From assembly GCA_002952755.1 (NCBI GenBank), contig CP025011.1, positions 390,001 through 422,000 of the forward strand: 32,000 nt of DNA. The letters run 5' to 3'. This document shows, one piece after another, positions 1 through 8,047 of this stretch. How positions within the stretch are numbered: position 1 is the first letter of the stretch; every line of letters begins with the position of its first letter. Position numbers and translations under genes: made by a program. Below the pieces are notes generated by a model, which saw nothing but the letters and a program-made list of their open reading frames with translations, had not been told where the DNA came from and searched no databases. Source of the stretch: Candidatus Saccharimonadota bacterium (GTDB lineage: Bacteria > Patescibacteriota > Saccharimonadia > Saccharimonadales > UBA4665).

Positions 1-1
1 A

Positions 2-565
2 GATGGGCAGAGAATAGATTCAACGCCCATTCGTAGCAACGGACAATATGACGATTACTTTGACGCAAAAGTGCTCCCCAATCCTGAGGCAAAGCCAGTG
101 CCATCCATGCTGACGAAATTTGCACACTCAGCAGGTGGCTGGGCGCTTGGTTTGGTGGTTGCTGATGCCGCTGGATATGCGCTGTATAAAAGTCGTCGCC
201 AACTCCGCAAGCCGGTAGATTTCTTAAGACGATCGCGTATTGCGGCTCTTGAGGATGATTTAGTGGCTATGGGGAGTGAGAACATTGGTCTTGCTTATGC
301 GACGATCCAAAATACGCTATACGACAAATCAGGCGATCCATTAGCTTCTGCGCTTGGCGATGTTGTGCCACTGGCCGCAGATGATTTTCTCGCCAAACTT
401 CCTATACAGCCCGCCCTTTTAGACAGAGAAACAACCGCTAAGCTACGCGACCGGCGAAAGGCTACGTCGGATGTAGGCGAGCAACAGCAAATCAGGCTTG
501 CCGAGAACCTGATCCGGGTAGTGCTCAAGCTTGAAAAACGTAAGCATCAATCCAGCGCGATGTAA
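2..565 (+). CDS. 3' portion of a membrane-protein gene whose start lies upstream of the window; apparent paralogue of the last gene in the window
   Basis: The frame is open from base 2, with no stop before the GTG at 71 used by the ORF track. Order of elements: ..RIDSTP.., Pro-rich linker, TM segment GGWALGLVVADAAGYALY, basic KSRRQLRK, about 110-aa tail. The 30386..32000 protein has the same order (..IIDATP.., linker, TM, RRRRRQQ, tail). Confidence 0.45.
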   Translation, partial: DGQRIDSTPIRSNGQYDDYFDAKVLPNPEAKPVPSMLTKFAHSAGGWALGLVVADAAGYALYKSRRQLRKPVDFLRRSRIAALEDDLVAMGSENIGLAYATIQNTLYDKSGDPLASALGDVVPLAADDFLAKLPIQPALLDRETTAKLRDRRKATSDVGEQQQIRLAENLIRVVLKLEKRKHQSSAM

Positions 566-1560
566 TCGAAGCCGAAGGTCTGTACTGCCGGTGCGGCGTT
601 ACCGCTGCAAATGTCAAAGCCAGACGTCGTACGCGTAACGTAGTATTGCAGGTCTGCCGCATAAGAGCCGACCGGGGTAATGACTATGTGCGGCGTGCTG
701 CTGAATTTTTGGCTGAATACGACACTGGCAAAACATCCAGCTGGCGGCGAGCTGCCGGTGTTAATCGTGATTGACCCCGAAGTATCCGACCCGCTGAGCG
801 ACACCGTGCCGCCGCCGCCCACGGCCGTCCCTTTGCTGATAGATGGAATAGTACCACCGGCGGTAATATGGTGGGTGAGGTTCAGGTCGCCGTTGAGTTG
901 CAGCGAGCCGGTATTCACGGCAGAGGCCGTTAGAGTGCCGCTAAAGCTAGTGCTTCCCACTACGCTCAGTCCATTTTTGATATTCAAGCCGCCAGTAAGA
1001 TTGAGCGTGCCGGCCACGCTCAGGTTGTTGACCTGCGTGTCGCCGAGCTGTGTTATGCCTGACACGCTCAGGTCGCTGAGTGATAGACTGCCTCCCACAC
1101 GTAATGATCCGGCCACCTCCAGATTACTGCGAACAAGTACGCCTCCCGAAAAAACAGCATTAGCCTGCACGGTAAGAATCTGCTTAGGATTGCCCACAGT
1201 AACGTCAGTAGTGGCAAGTTGCTTGAGATCGTCCTGTGATAATCCTTGCGAGGTGAGTGTGTGCTGTGCGGTCTGTTTGCTTTTGGCGATGCTTATGATC
1301 AAAACGCCTACGGCTATCACGATGACCAATATAAAAAGCAGTAAGTAAATATTGAATTTACGCCAGAATTTCTTAATAAACGATTGTTTAGGTTCCTCGG
1401 GGGCGGTGCTTGGTTGCTGACCGCCAGTGGTATCGGTTAGATTCGGGTCGGTGCTGCTGCCGTTCTGCGGACCCGGGGTGGCTTTGGTGTCGCCCTCGGT
1501 TTGTTGTTCCAGCGAGTGCACGTCATTACCAGATTCGGATTGTACTTGGGATGGGTCCAT
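547..1560 (-). CDS. N-terminally anchored surface protein with beta-helix-like repeats and a possible H-type-lectin-like C-terminal domain
   Basis: 337-aa ORF. Disordered Pro/Thr/Gln N-terminus, then TM helix IYLLLFILVIVIAVGVLIISI. A long run of short G/S/L/V/N repeats follows (LEVAGSLRVGGSLSLSDLSVSGITQLGDTQVNNLSVAGTLNLTGGLNIKNGLSVVG). C-terminal block is VVFSQKFSSTPHIVITPVG..YYVTRTTSGFDI..FGFDYIA. The antisense ORF 680..1348 is a shadow. Confidence 0.7.
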   Translation of the reverse strand: MDPSQVQSESGNDVHSLEQQTEGDTKATPGPQNGSSTDPNLTDTTGGQQPSTAPEEPKQSFIKKFWRKFNIYLLLFILVIVIAVGVLIISIAKSKQTAQHTLTSQGLSQDDLKQLATTDVTVGNPKQILTVQANAVFSGGVLVRSNLEVAGSLRVGGSLSLSDLSVSGITQLGDTQVNNLSVAGTLNLTGGLNIKNGLSVVGSTSFSGTLTASAVNTGSLQLNGDLNLTHHITAGGTIPSISKGTAVGGGGTVSLSGSDTSGSITINTGSSPPAGCFASVVFSQKFSSTPHIVITPVGSYAADLQYYVTRTTSGFDICSGNAAPAVQTFGFDYIALD

Positions 1561-1621
1561 AGCCTCTACTCTTTATATCTAATGATACTAGAGCCGCTCA
1601 AAAACCGTAAGAGGAATAGCG

Positions 1622-2476
1622 TTATTCTTCGTGGACTGCATGCTCGCCATGTCCTGGAATAGCTGTGCCCAAGCTCCATAGCATTTCAAAAAAATGACGC
1701 TGGGCGTTAGCAATTTCCTGGTTGTATACCTCAATGCCAAAGATTTCGCCGTTTTGCCAGTTGTAGTAAGCGACGACATCATCGTACGTGATGGTAGAGT
1801 GGGTTATATGAAAGGTGGTGCCGGGTAAAAGGCGACCTTCCCAAAAGCGGAGCTTCTCGTTATCGTGGTCCGCGTACCAATCCCGTTGGGTGGCTAGGAA
1901 GTGTTCGCCAACGAGGCTGCGAAAGCGCAGTTCGTTCTGGTTGCAGCGTGCCACCCACCGTTCAAAAAATGCCAGGTTGGTCTTATTTTGCATATTTTCG
2001 TAGAGTATCGACAAGGTTTCGTTGCGAGCTTTGGTCTGATTCCAAAACATCTGTTTAACGCCTTCATTACCCCGGTAAAACTGCACATGTGTGAGGGGTG
2101 AATGCAAAGTTTGCGGCTGAAACGTGTCTTGCAACGCCAAGAAATCTCTTTGCAGATCGCGTATCTCCTGTTCTTTGCGGGTAATAAGTATCTGGAGGTT
2201 GCTGATTGGCGCGGCTTTATATATCTTCCGTTTATCGTATGTCTCGATCTCGACCAGGTGTGAGTCGGTTAGGGTGTCGATAAGTCGATACAAGCGGGTC
2301 CGCTCAATCTTGGCATTACGCGCGAGCTGCAGCAAGCTCTGCGGGCCATAGGCGTTGAGCGCCAAATAAGTGTCGGCAATCTCCGGCTCGAGGCCGAGTT
2401 TGGCAAAATATTCGTGCATAGGGCTAATATCGCCGGACATCCGCCTATTGTCTAACAGGTGTGCATATTTGCGCAA
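1622..2476 (-). CDS. TrmB-family helix-turn-helix transcriptional regulator (start uncertain: 2476, 2440 or 2419)
   Basis: The N-terminal block FAKLGLEPEIADTYLALNAYGPQSLLQLARNAKIERTRLYRLIDTLTDSHLVEIE matches the TrmB winged-helix pattern (lGLs..Ea.vY..L...G..ta.ela....i.r..vY..L..L...glv). It is followed by a coiled-coil and an effector-type C-terminal domain. Confidence 0.7.
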   Translation of the reverse strand: MRKYAHLLDNRRMSGDISPMHEYFAKLGLEPEIADTYLALNAYGPQSLLQLARNAKIERTRLYRLIDTLTDSHLVEIETYDKRKIYKAAPISNLQILITRKEQEIRDLQRDFLALQDTFQPQTLHSPLTHVQFYRGNEGVKQMFWNQTKARNETLSILYENMQNKTNLAFFERWVARCNQNELRFRSLVGEHFLATQRDWYADHDNEKLRFWEGRLLPGTTFHITHSTITYDDVVAYYNWQNGEIFGIEVYNQEIANAQRHFFEMLWSLGTAIPGHGEHAVHEE

Positions 2477-2568
2477 CAGATATATTACTGTTCGCCTACT
2501 GCCTACACTCCGGGGTGAAGCATGGCCAAAAGGTCGGCATAACTACCGAAAGGGAGGTGTATTTTTGT

Positions 2569-3990
2569 ATGTCCAATTTTCCGGAAACTGACATAACAAA
2601 CAGAGTATTGAGCCTTGGCATACCTGCCGAGTCGGCAGTAGTCGTTGGAGATACAGCATTGGAGTCGGCGCTCGGAGCTGATGTCTACCGTGCCGATACG
2701 CTCGAAGTGGCATTAAGTGAAGATGCCTACCGGTATATACGAGTGCAGCCAGGGGTAGAAGAGACGGTGTTGTCGAATGGCGACTATTGCCTTGCTGGTG
2801 ATGATTTTACCGCCAGTCTCCAGTGGGCCGGACGCACTCCACGCGAGCTGCGGCAAGGCGGCTATGTGCAGGAAGGTGTTGCGTTTGCCGGATTGCCTGA
2901 TGTGTATGGGCACAAACAGCAACGCGGTACCGAGCAAGACCAGCGCGATCTGGCTCAACTCCGCGGTCATCTGTATGGCAATCGTCTATTGCCCGCAGTA
3001 ATGTTGGCAGGCGAGCGGTCGTTTATTACCGATTGTGTGCCAGAACATCTCCACGAGCGGCCAGAATTAGAAGTTGCCGCCAATGGTTTATATATTGTGC
3101 GCACGGTATTCGGGCATGAAGATGGCGAGATCCACACCTATAGTGGCAGCGCCGAAGAGGGGCCCGTGCCAGCCAGTTTCCATGCCTGGCGCCACACTGC
3201 GCTTGGCACGCGCGACGGCCAGCGTAACATAGATGTATTGAACCAGGAGTGCGTAAACGCAGGTCGCCCGCCTCTGTTTTCGGACGACGATCGCATGGCC
3301 ACGCTGGTTGGCTACTCGTGTCACGATGCTATTCTCGGCCATGGACGCCGCAGGGTTAATCCCGAGGGGCACGACGAACGGCAATCGGCCGATCTCGCCG
3401 TTCGACACTTAGAAGCGGCAGGTGTAACCAAGGGTAACGTGCTCGAAGGAGCTCATGCTGGCGGTATGGCAACTACTTACAACGAGATTACCCGAAGGCA
3501 GGATGTCGACCCGAGCAGAGGGTATGTACATATCCAGGAAAACACCGCCGGCAGCGATTTTTCGGGCTTAAGACGGAAAGATGGGGCCTTGAATGCGCTG
3601 CGATTAGCTCCTGAGGATTTGGGCCGGACTGGTGCAGGCTACGACCAACCGCTTGCAAGGTTGGTTGAGGCGCTGAACGCAGAGCAGCCTGCGGGTACTC
3701 CTCCCATTCGTATAACTTCGGCGAGCGATGCATTCCGCTTGATCGATGCTCATCCCGATTTTCCGGCTACGGTGAATGGAGAACATATGACACTCCGCGA
3801 GGCGACTGCCCGGCACATCGCAGGCAACAAAGCCTTCTTCCTAAAACACCAGCCGTTTGAAAGCTGGCGGATTGGGGAGCCAGGCATCACGATTGAACAT
3901 GCCGAGTGCCTGGCTGCAATCGCCCAAGGGGTAGCCGCAGGAGAACTAAAACTCGAAGAAGCGCACAATGAGCTTGTTGCTCTACAGTAA
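2569..3990 (+). CDS. Hypothetical 473-aa cytoplasmic protein; possible HD-type phosphohydrolase motif in the C-terminal half
   Basis: ATG at 2569 is preceded by GGGAGG (2552-2557), so it is preferred over the track start 2461, which overlaps the TrmB gene. The motif string FHAWRH..(about 40 aa)..SCHDAILGHG..EGHDERQSADLAVRHLEAAG..GAHAGG resembles H..HD..GHe..sa......L in HD domains. No signal peptide or TM. Confidence 0.6.
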   Translation: MSNFPETDITNRVLSLGIPAESAVVVGDTALESALGADVYRADTLEVALSEDAYRYIRVQPGVEETVLSNGDYCLAGDDFTASLQWAGRTPRELRQGGYVQEGVAFAGLPDVYGHKQQRGTEQDQRDLAQLRGHLYGNRLLPAVMLAGERSFITDCVPEHLHERPELEVAANGLYIVRTVFGHEDGEIHTYSGSAEEGPVPASFHAWRHTALGTRDGQRNIDVLNQECVNAGRPPLFSDDDRMATLVGYSCHDAILGHGRRRVNPEGHDERQSADLAVRHLEAAGVTKGNVLEGAHAGGMATTYNEITRRQDVDPSRGYVHIQENTAGSDFSGLRRKDGALNALRLAPEDLGRTGAGYDQPLARLVEALNAEQPAGTPPIRITSASDAFRLIDAHPDFPATVNGEHMTLREATARHIAGNKAFFLKHQPFESWRIGEPGITIEHAECLAAIAQGVAAGELKLEEAHNELVALQ

Positions 3991-4042
3991 AGCCGCCTTC
4001 CCGGTTGTGTTTTACCGGCCAATGTTAGAAAATACGTACAAT

Positions 4043-4813
4043 ATGAGATGGCGACGGGGGTTAGGAACGCTTGGCGGGGTGGTGTCGGTGTTTGTGTTGG
4101 TTGGCAGCCCCTTGGCTTCAGCGCAATCTTCATCCAGTCATTACCAGGTCAACGAAGTTTTTTTTGGGAGCGGCGGTGAGCTCAATAGTTGCTCCGCAAG
4201 TTATTGCTCAAAACAAACCGCCGGCGAAATTGCTGCAGGCAACGCTGCCGGAACGGCGTTCAAAACACAAGCCGGCTTTAACACGCAGCGGGATCCCTAC
4301 TTGGCTTTTAGTGTTGCGGGGGGTTCAACCGACCTCGGTACACTTAGCACCGCTGCAACGGCCACGACCACCAGCACCTTCGCGGTAAAAACCTATCTAG
4401 CAAGTGGGTATGTCGTGCAGTTCGTATCTAATCCGCCCTCGGTGAACGGGACAATTACTCATCAGCTGACGCCACTATCGTCCCCAACGGCATCAGCCAT
4501 CTCATCAGAACAATTCGGTCTGAACCTGGTACAGAATAATGTGAACTGTGCCGATGGTATCCATCATGCTCCGGCTAATTTTGGCGCCGCGCCAGTACAG
4601 GTGCCCGATAATACCTTCAGTTTTGGAACGGTTGCCTCCGATTACGGCACGTGCGGCCTTTTTAAATATGCCAAGGGCGACACTATCGCCAGTTCTACTA
4701 AAAGTTCCGGCGAAACCGATTATACGGTGTCATTTATGTACAATATTAGCCCGCTTACCCCGGACGGATTGTATACGTTTAACGGGACACTTGTGGCAAC
4801 CTCGACGTTCTAG
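4043..4813 (+). CDS. Secreted beta-rich surface subunit, single-domain member of the three-gene paralogue family
   Basis: Signal peptide MRWRRGLGTLGGVVSVFVLVGSPLASA|QS. Shares PYLAFSV..DLGTL, ASGYVVQF, EQFGLNLVQN and the terminal GLYTFNGTLVATSTF-stop with the C-terminal halves of the 5805 and 6948 proteins. Contains several Cys, consistent with an extracellular location. Confidence 0.75.
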   Translation: MRWRRGLGTLGGVVSVFVLVGSPLASAQSSSSHYQVNEVFFGSGGELNSCSASYCSKQTAGEIAAGNAAGTAFKTQAGFNTQRDPYLAFSVAGGSTDLGTLSTAATATTTSTFAVKTYLASGYVVQFVSNPPSVNGTITHQLTPLSSPTASAISSEQFGLNLVQNNVNCADGIHHAPANFGAAPVQVPDNTFSFGTVASDYGTCGLFKYAKGDTIASSTKSSGETDYTVSFMYNISPLTPDGLYTFNGTLVATSTF

Positions 4814-4817
4814 TTTT

Positions 4818-5372
4818 TTATACAAGTGGTGGTAATCGATATCCGGCGAGTTTATTGAGCTGCCTGGCTAGACGTCTGTACTGAAGCGAAAATGGCGCAG
4901 TACCTGACAGCGTTATGATACTTTCGTTAGATTGGGGCGATTCAAATGCGGCGGCATATTGATCGAAAATATGCGGGGGGATAATCCGCACGACCCGGTC
5001 GACAAAGCCTGCGTCACGAGCAGTGCCGGCGCGGGCTTTGGCCGTCGCCACAGGAACCTGTAGCCAGATTCCCACTGCCCAGACACCGTGTTCATGGGCG
5101 AGCGTGGCAATCGCAGTACGCTGCGACACTGTGTTAGCTGCAGCGTCATATAATACTGATTGGCCCGCTCGCAGCGCGCGGCTGGCACGCTCATTCATTT
5201 CGTCATACACTATCCGCCGCTCATGGACGGAGTACGTTGGAAAGCGGAATAGCTCTAATCCAATCTTGTCACCACGTAGGTGTTCTCCTTGTAACACACT
5301 CGTTAAACTGCGCGCTAGCGTCGTTTTGCCAGCTCCAGGGTAGCCCACCGTATAAAAAAGTATCGGCTCCAT
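4818..5372 (-). CDS. P-loop NTPase / small-molecule kinase-like ATP-binding protein (AAA_33 / zeta-toxin-like fold class)
   Basis: 184-aa ORF with N-terminal Walker A ILFYTVGYPGAGKTTLA. Size and layout are typical of stand-alone P-loop kinases. Convergent with the 4043 gene, 4 nt between the stops. Confidence 0.75.
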   Translation of the reverse strand: MEPILFYTVGYPGAGKTTLARSLTSVLQGEHLRGDKIGLELFRFPTYSVHERRIVYDEMNERASRALRAGQSVLYDAAANTVSQRTAIATLAHEHGVWAVGIWLQVPVATAKARAGTARDAGFVDRVVRIIPPHIFDQYAAAFESPQSNESIITLSGTAPFSLQYRRLARQLNKLAGYRLPPLV

Positions 5373-5449
5373 CTGTTTGCATAATAGTTCACCCTTGACC
5401 TTTTCTCAAGAGAACATTATCTAAAAATGAGCAATGGCTGCTATCTCTA

Positions 5450-5487
5450 CCTCTCCTTTCGTCATCCCGGGCTTGATCCGGGACCCC
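5450..5487 (+). repeat. REP-like small palindromic intergenic element, copy 1
   Basis: Sequence is cctctcctttcGTCATcCCGGgcttgatCCGGgacccc. Stem TCCCGG (5465-5470) pairs with CCGGGA (5478-5483). It is similar to copies at 9989-10022 (+) and 10072-10104 (reverse complement). Confidence 0.6.
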
Positions 5488-5729
5488 TTCTATCAGTCTT
5501 CCACATGATCGGACTACAGGATATTGAATTAAAGTCCGGTATGACAATAGGAGGTTGCTTCGGAAGTGAAGGGCTTTAGCAACCATTTGTTTATTGACCC
5601 GTGCAGACTCCAGGCCGTACCATAAGGGGAATTAGTTAAGGGTTGGTGGCGATTCTAACGGCCATGCCGATATTTACATTTCCCAAACGGGTTTTTAACG
5701 ATTTATTAATATCTCGTATAAAAGTTCTA

Positions 5730-5759
5730 TTGATTGGTAAATCATAAGCATGTTACTAT
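5730..5759 (+). promoter_or_regulatory. Candidate sigma70-type promoter for the 5805 surface-protein gene
   Basis: TTGATT (5730-5735), 18-nt spacer, TACTAT (5754-5759), in an AT-rich tract. The gene also has a Shine-Dalgarno AGAGGAGA a few nt before ATG 5805. Confidence 0.3.
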
Positions 5760-5804
5760 TATGATATAAGTTATACAATAAAACCAAACAACAGAGGAGA
5801 ACAC

Positions 5805-6935
5805 ATGAAAATACAGAATAAAGTGGGACGCACGCTGTATGCGGTCGCTGCTTTTTTGCTGGTTGTTACCGGAATATCCTCGGGCTTTATTGGGCATGCA
5901 TCCGCTAATCAGGTGACGGCACGAAGCATAACTATCAGCAACTCCAATGGCGGCACGAACAATGTTGCCTATACACTTGCCTTTACAACGGCTACCACAA
6001 GCAATGTTGGCGGTATTGTGGTTGATTTTTGTTCCAACGACCCTATTATTGGGGACTCGTGTACTGCACCGGCAGGTTTTGACGTTAACAAATCAACCAC
6101 TACTATCGGTACTCAAGTGGGTATTACTGGTAACTCTATAGACACAACTAACAGTACTGCCAACAAACTGATCCTAACCCGGACTGCCAGCTCGATATCT
6201 ACGGGTACGGCCGTATCCATTCCTTTGGGGGATGGTTCAACGACAGGGTTCCATAATCCAACCGCTATCGGTAGCTACTTCGCACGCATTTACACCTATG
6301 CTACGACTGCTGCAGCTCAAGGCCACAGCACCAACAGCCCAAGTGGCTACGTAGACTATGGTGGTATCGCACTGTCGACAGCTGCAGTTATTAACATTAC
6401 AGCCAAGGTGCAGGAAACGCTGAGTTTCTGTGTGTACAAGACTGCCTGCGGCGATGACCCCAGCTTTACCCTCGGCCACGCTGTCGGTACCGCCACCGTT
6501 ATCGATAGTACTGCTGTGGACACGCAGCCGGCTAACTTTAGTATTTCGACAAATGCCAACGGGGGTGTAGTAGTGCGTATGAAAGGTGACACCCTCAAAT
6601 CGGGCTCTAACACTATTGCTGCTGCTGGCTCTTCTGCTGCAACAATTACAGCAGGCACAGCGGCTTTTGGTGCGCGGGTCTCGACATCAGGCACAAACAT
6701 TACGCCAACAGCACCTTATAACAACGGTTCTGGTACGCAATATGGTCTTGATATAACGACGAGTAACACGCCAAACACTAATGTCACCAGTACCTATGGC
6801 GGACAGATTGCTACGTTAAGCGGTCCAACTACGGCATCGGTGAGCACAGTCACTTTTGCTGCTACCGCCAGTGCAACCACGCCCGCCGGTACGTACACTG
6901 CGGCAGAACAACTGATTGCGACTGGTACCTTTTAG
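5805..6935 (+). CDS. Secreted two-domain beta-rich surface subunit (paralogue family)
   Basis: Signal peptide ..FIGHASA|NQ. The N-domain motif VVDFCSNDPIIGDSCTAPAGFD ... STANKLILTR ... GSYFARIYTYA parallels the 6948 protein. The C-domain has LSFCVYKTAC, FSISTNANGG and ends GTYTAAEQLIATGTF-stop. Strong SD. Confidence 0.85.
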   Translation: MKIQNKVGRTLYAVAAFLLVVTGISSGFIGHASANQVTARSITISNSNGGTNNVAYTLAFTTATTSNVGGIVVDFCSNDPIIGDSCTAPAGFDVNKSTTTIGTQVGITGNSIDTTNSTANKLILTRTASSISTGTAVSIPLGDGSTTGFHNPTAIGSYFARIYTYATTAAAQGHSTNSPSGYVDYGGIALSTAAVINITAKVQETLSFCVYKTACGDDPSFTLGHAVGTATVIDSTAVDTQPANFSISTNANGGVVVRMKGDTLKSGSNTIAAAGSSAATITAGTAAFGARVSTSGTNITPTAPYNNGSGTQYGLDITTSNTPNTNVTSTYGGQIATLSGPTTASVSTVTFAATASATTPAGTYTAAEQLIATGTF

Positions 6936-6947
6936 GATTCCAAATGG

Positions 6948-8006
6948 ATGGGTTGTTTCTCGCGTAACATAATAAGCAAAACAGCACTTTATTCTTTGAT
7001 GGCTGCATCTTTTGTCGGGATGGGGCCATTTTCTTTGGCGCATATTTGGGCTGATCAGATCGCGCCGAGGTCACTCACATTGAGCGATTCACTAGGTGCG
7101 CAGCATGGTGTGACCTACAAAGTAGCAATGGGTATTCCTACGACGGCGACCGTTGGCTCGGTGCGTGTCCAATTTTGTTCCAATACATCGCTCACCGATG
7201 ATCCATGCGTGGCGCCCGTGGGTTTTGATGATAGTGGTGCGGTATTAAGCACTCAAACCGGAGCGGCTGGATTTTCTATCTCGAATAACTCCACGGCTAA
7301 TGAACTAATTTTAAGTCGTCCGCCCATCGTGCAGGCTCCGGTAATAGCGACCTATACATTCGACAATATTACCAACCCAACTGATGGTGGCTCATATTAT
7401 GCCCGCGTCTATACCTATGCATCGAGCGACGGATCAGGCGCCTCAACCGACGACGGAGGCTTGGCTTTTGCTATCAACCCATCATTGTCGGTAAGCGCTG
7501 AGGTGCCACCGTATCTGACCTTCTGTGTGGGCGAAAGTATCACGGGTTTGGATTGCACGAGCGCTACCGAGCCATTTTCCGACTTGGGTGATCTTACTCC
7601 GACTACAACGAGCGCCGCGCAGTCACAACTACTCGTCGCTACAAATGCTGGCAATGGTTATAGCATGTATGTACTCGGCAATACCATGACGTCAGGTAAT
7701 CATACGCTCACGGCCATGAACGGCAACACGGCCCAAAAGGGGACGAGCCAATTTGGCTTGAACCTACGAGCTAATACTGTGCCTGCAGTGGGCCAGGATA
7801 CGTCTGGCCCCGGCTTTGCGGCTGTGACGAGTGGCTATAGCCAGCCAGATCATTTTAGGTTCCTTTCGGGCGACAGCCTCGCTTCGTCGCCATCTGCCGA
7901 CGATTATCGAAAATATACCGTTAGCTATGTTATCGACGTTGCCGCTAATCAGCCGGGCGGTGTGTATTCCACCACGCTCACCTATGTTTGTTTAGCAAAT
8001 TTTTAA
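6948..8006 (+). CDS. Secreted two-domain beta-rich surface subunit (paralogue family)
   Basis: Signal peptide ..SLAHIWA|DQ. Contains VRVQFCSNTSLTDDPCVAPVGFD, STANELILSR, GSYYARVYTYA, PYLTFCVGE..DLGDL, GNGYSMYVLGN, SQFGLNLRAN, and ends GVYSTTLTYVCLANF-stop. Starts 12 nt after the preceding stop. Confidence 0.85.
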   Translation: MGCFSRNIISKTALYSLMAASFVGMGPFSLAHIWADQIAPRSLTLSDSLGAQHGVTYKVAMGIPTTATVGSVRVQFCSNTSLTDDPCVAPVGFDDSGAVLSTQTGAAGFSISNNSTANELILSRPPIVQAPVIATYTFDNITNPTDGGSYYARVYTYASSDGSGASTDDGGLAFAINPSLSVSAEVPPYLTFCVGESITGLDCTSATEPFSDLGDLTPTTTSAAQSQLLVATNAGNGYSMYVLGNTMTSGNHTLTAMNGNTAQKGTSQFGLNLRANTVPAVGQDTSGPGFAAVTSGYSQPDHFRFLSGDSLASSPSADDYRKYTVSYVIDVAANQPGGVYSTTLTYVCLANF

Positions 8007-8047
8007 TGTTTCTGTTACCATAAATGCAAATATAAGTGAGGGAAAAC

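Noticed and set aside
680-1348. 222-aa ORF on the plus strand
   Set aside because: It is antisense to the repeat-rich 547-1560 gene. It is Pro/Leu/Cys/Arg-rich and created by the repetitive GC-biased codons of the real gene.
2461-2568. Track start at 2461 for the 509-aa ORF
   Set aside because: This extension overlaps the divergent TrmB-like gene start and has no ribosome-binding site. ATG 2569 has GGGAGG upstream.
5389-5586. 65-aa minus-strand ORF in the 5373-5804 intergenic region
   Set aside because: It spans the REP-like palindrome, and its ..VPDQARDDE.. segment is the element's translation. This is the typical spurious ORF generated by such repeats.
5373-5804. Possibility of an SRP RNA, tRNA or other known small RNA in the long intergenic region
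   Set aside because: I found no GGAAGCAGC-type SRP helix-8 motif and no GGTTCGA-type T-loop. I also saw no such motifs by eye in the other intergenic gaps I read closely (9960-10130, 11181-11427, 20474-20826, 27080-27578). An Infernal scan is still needed to be sure.
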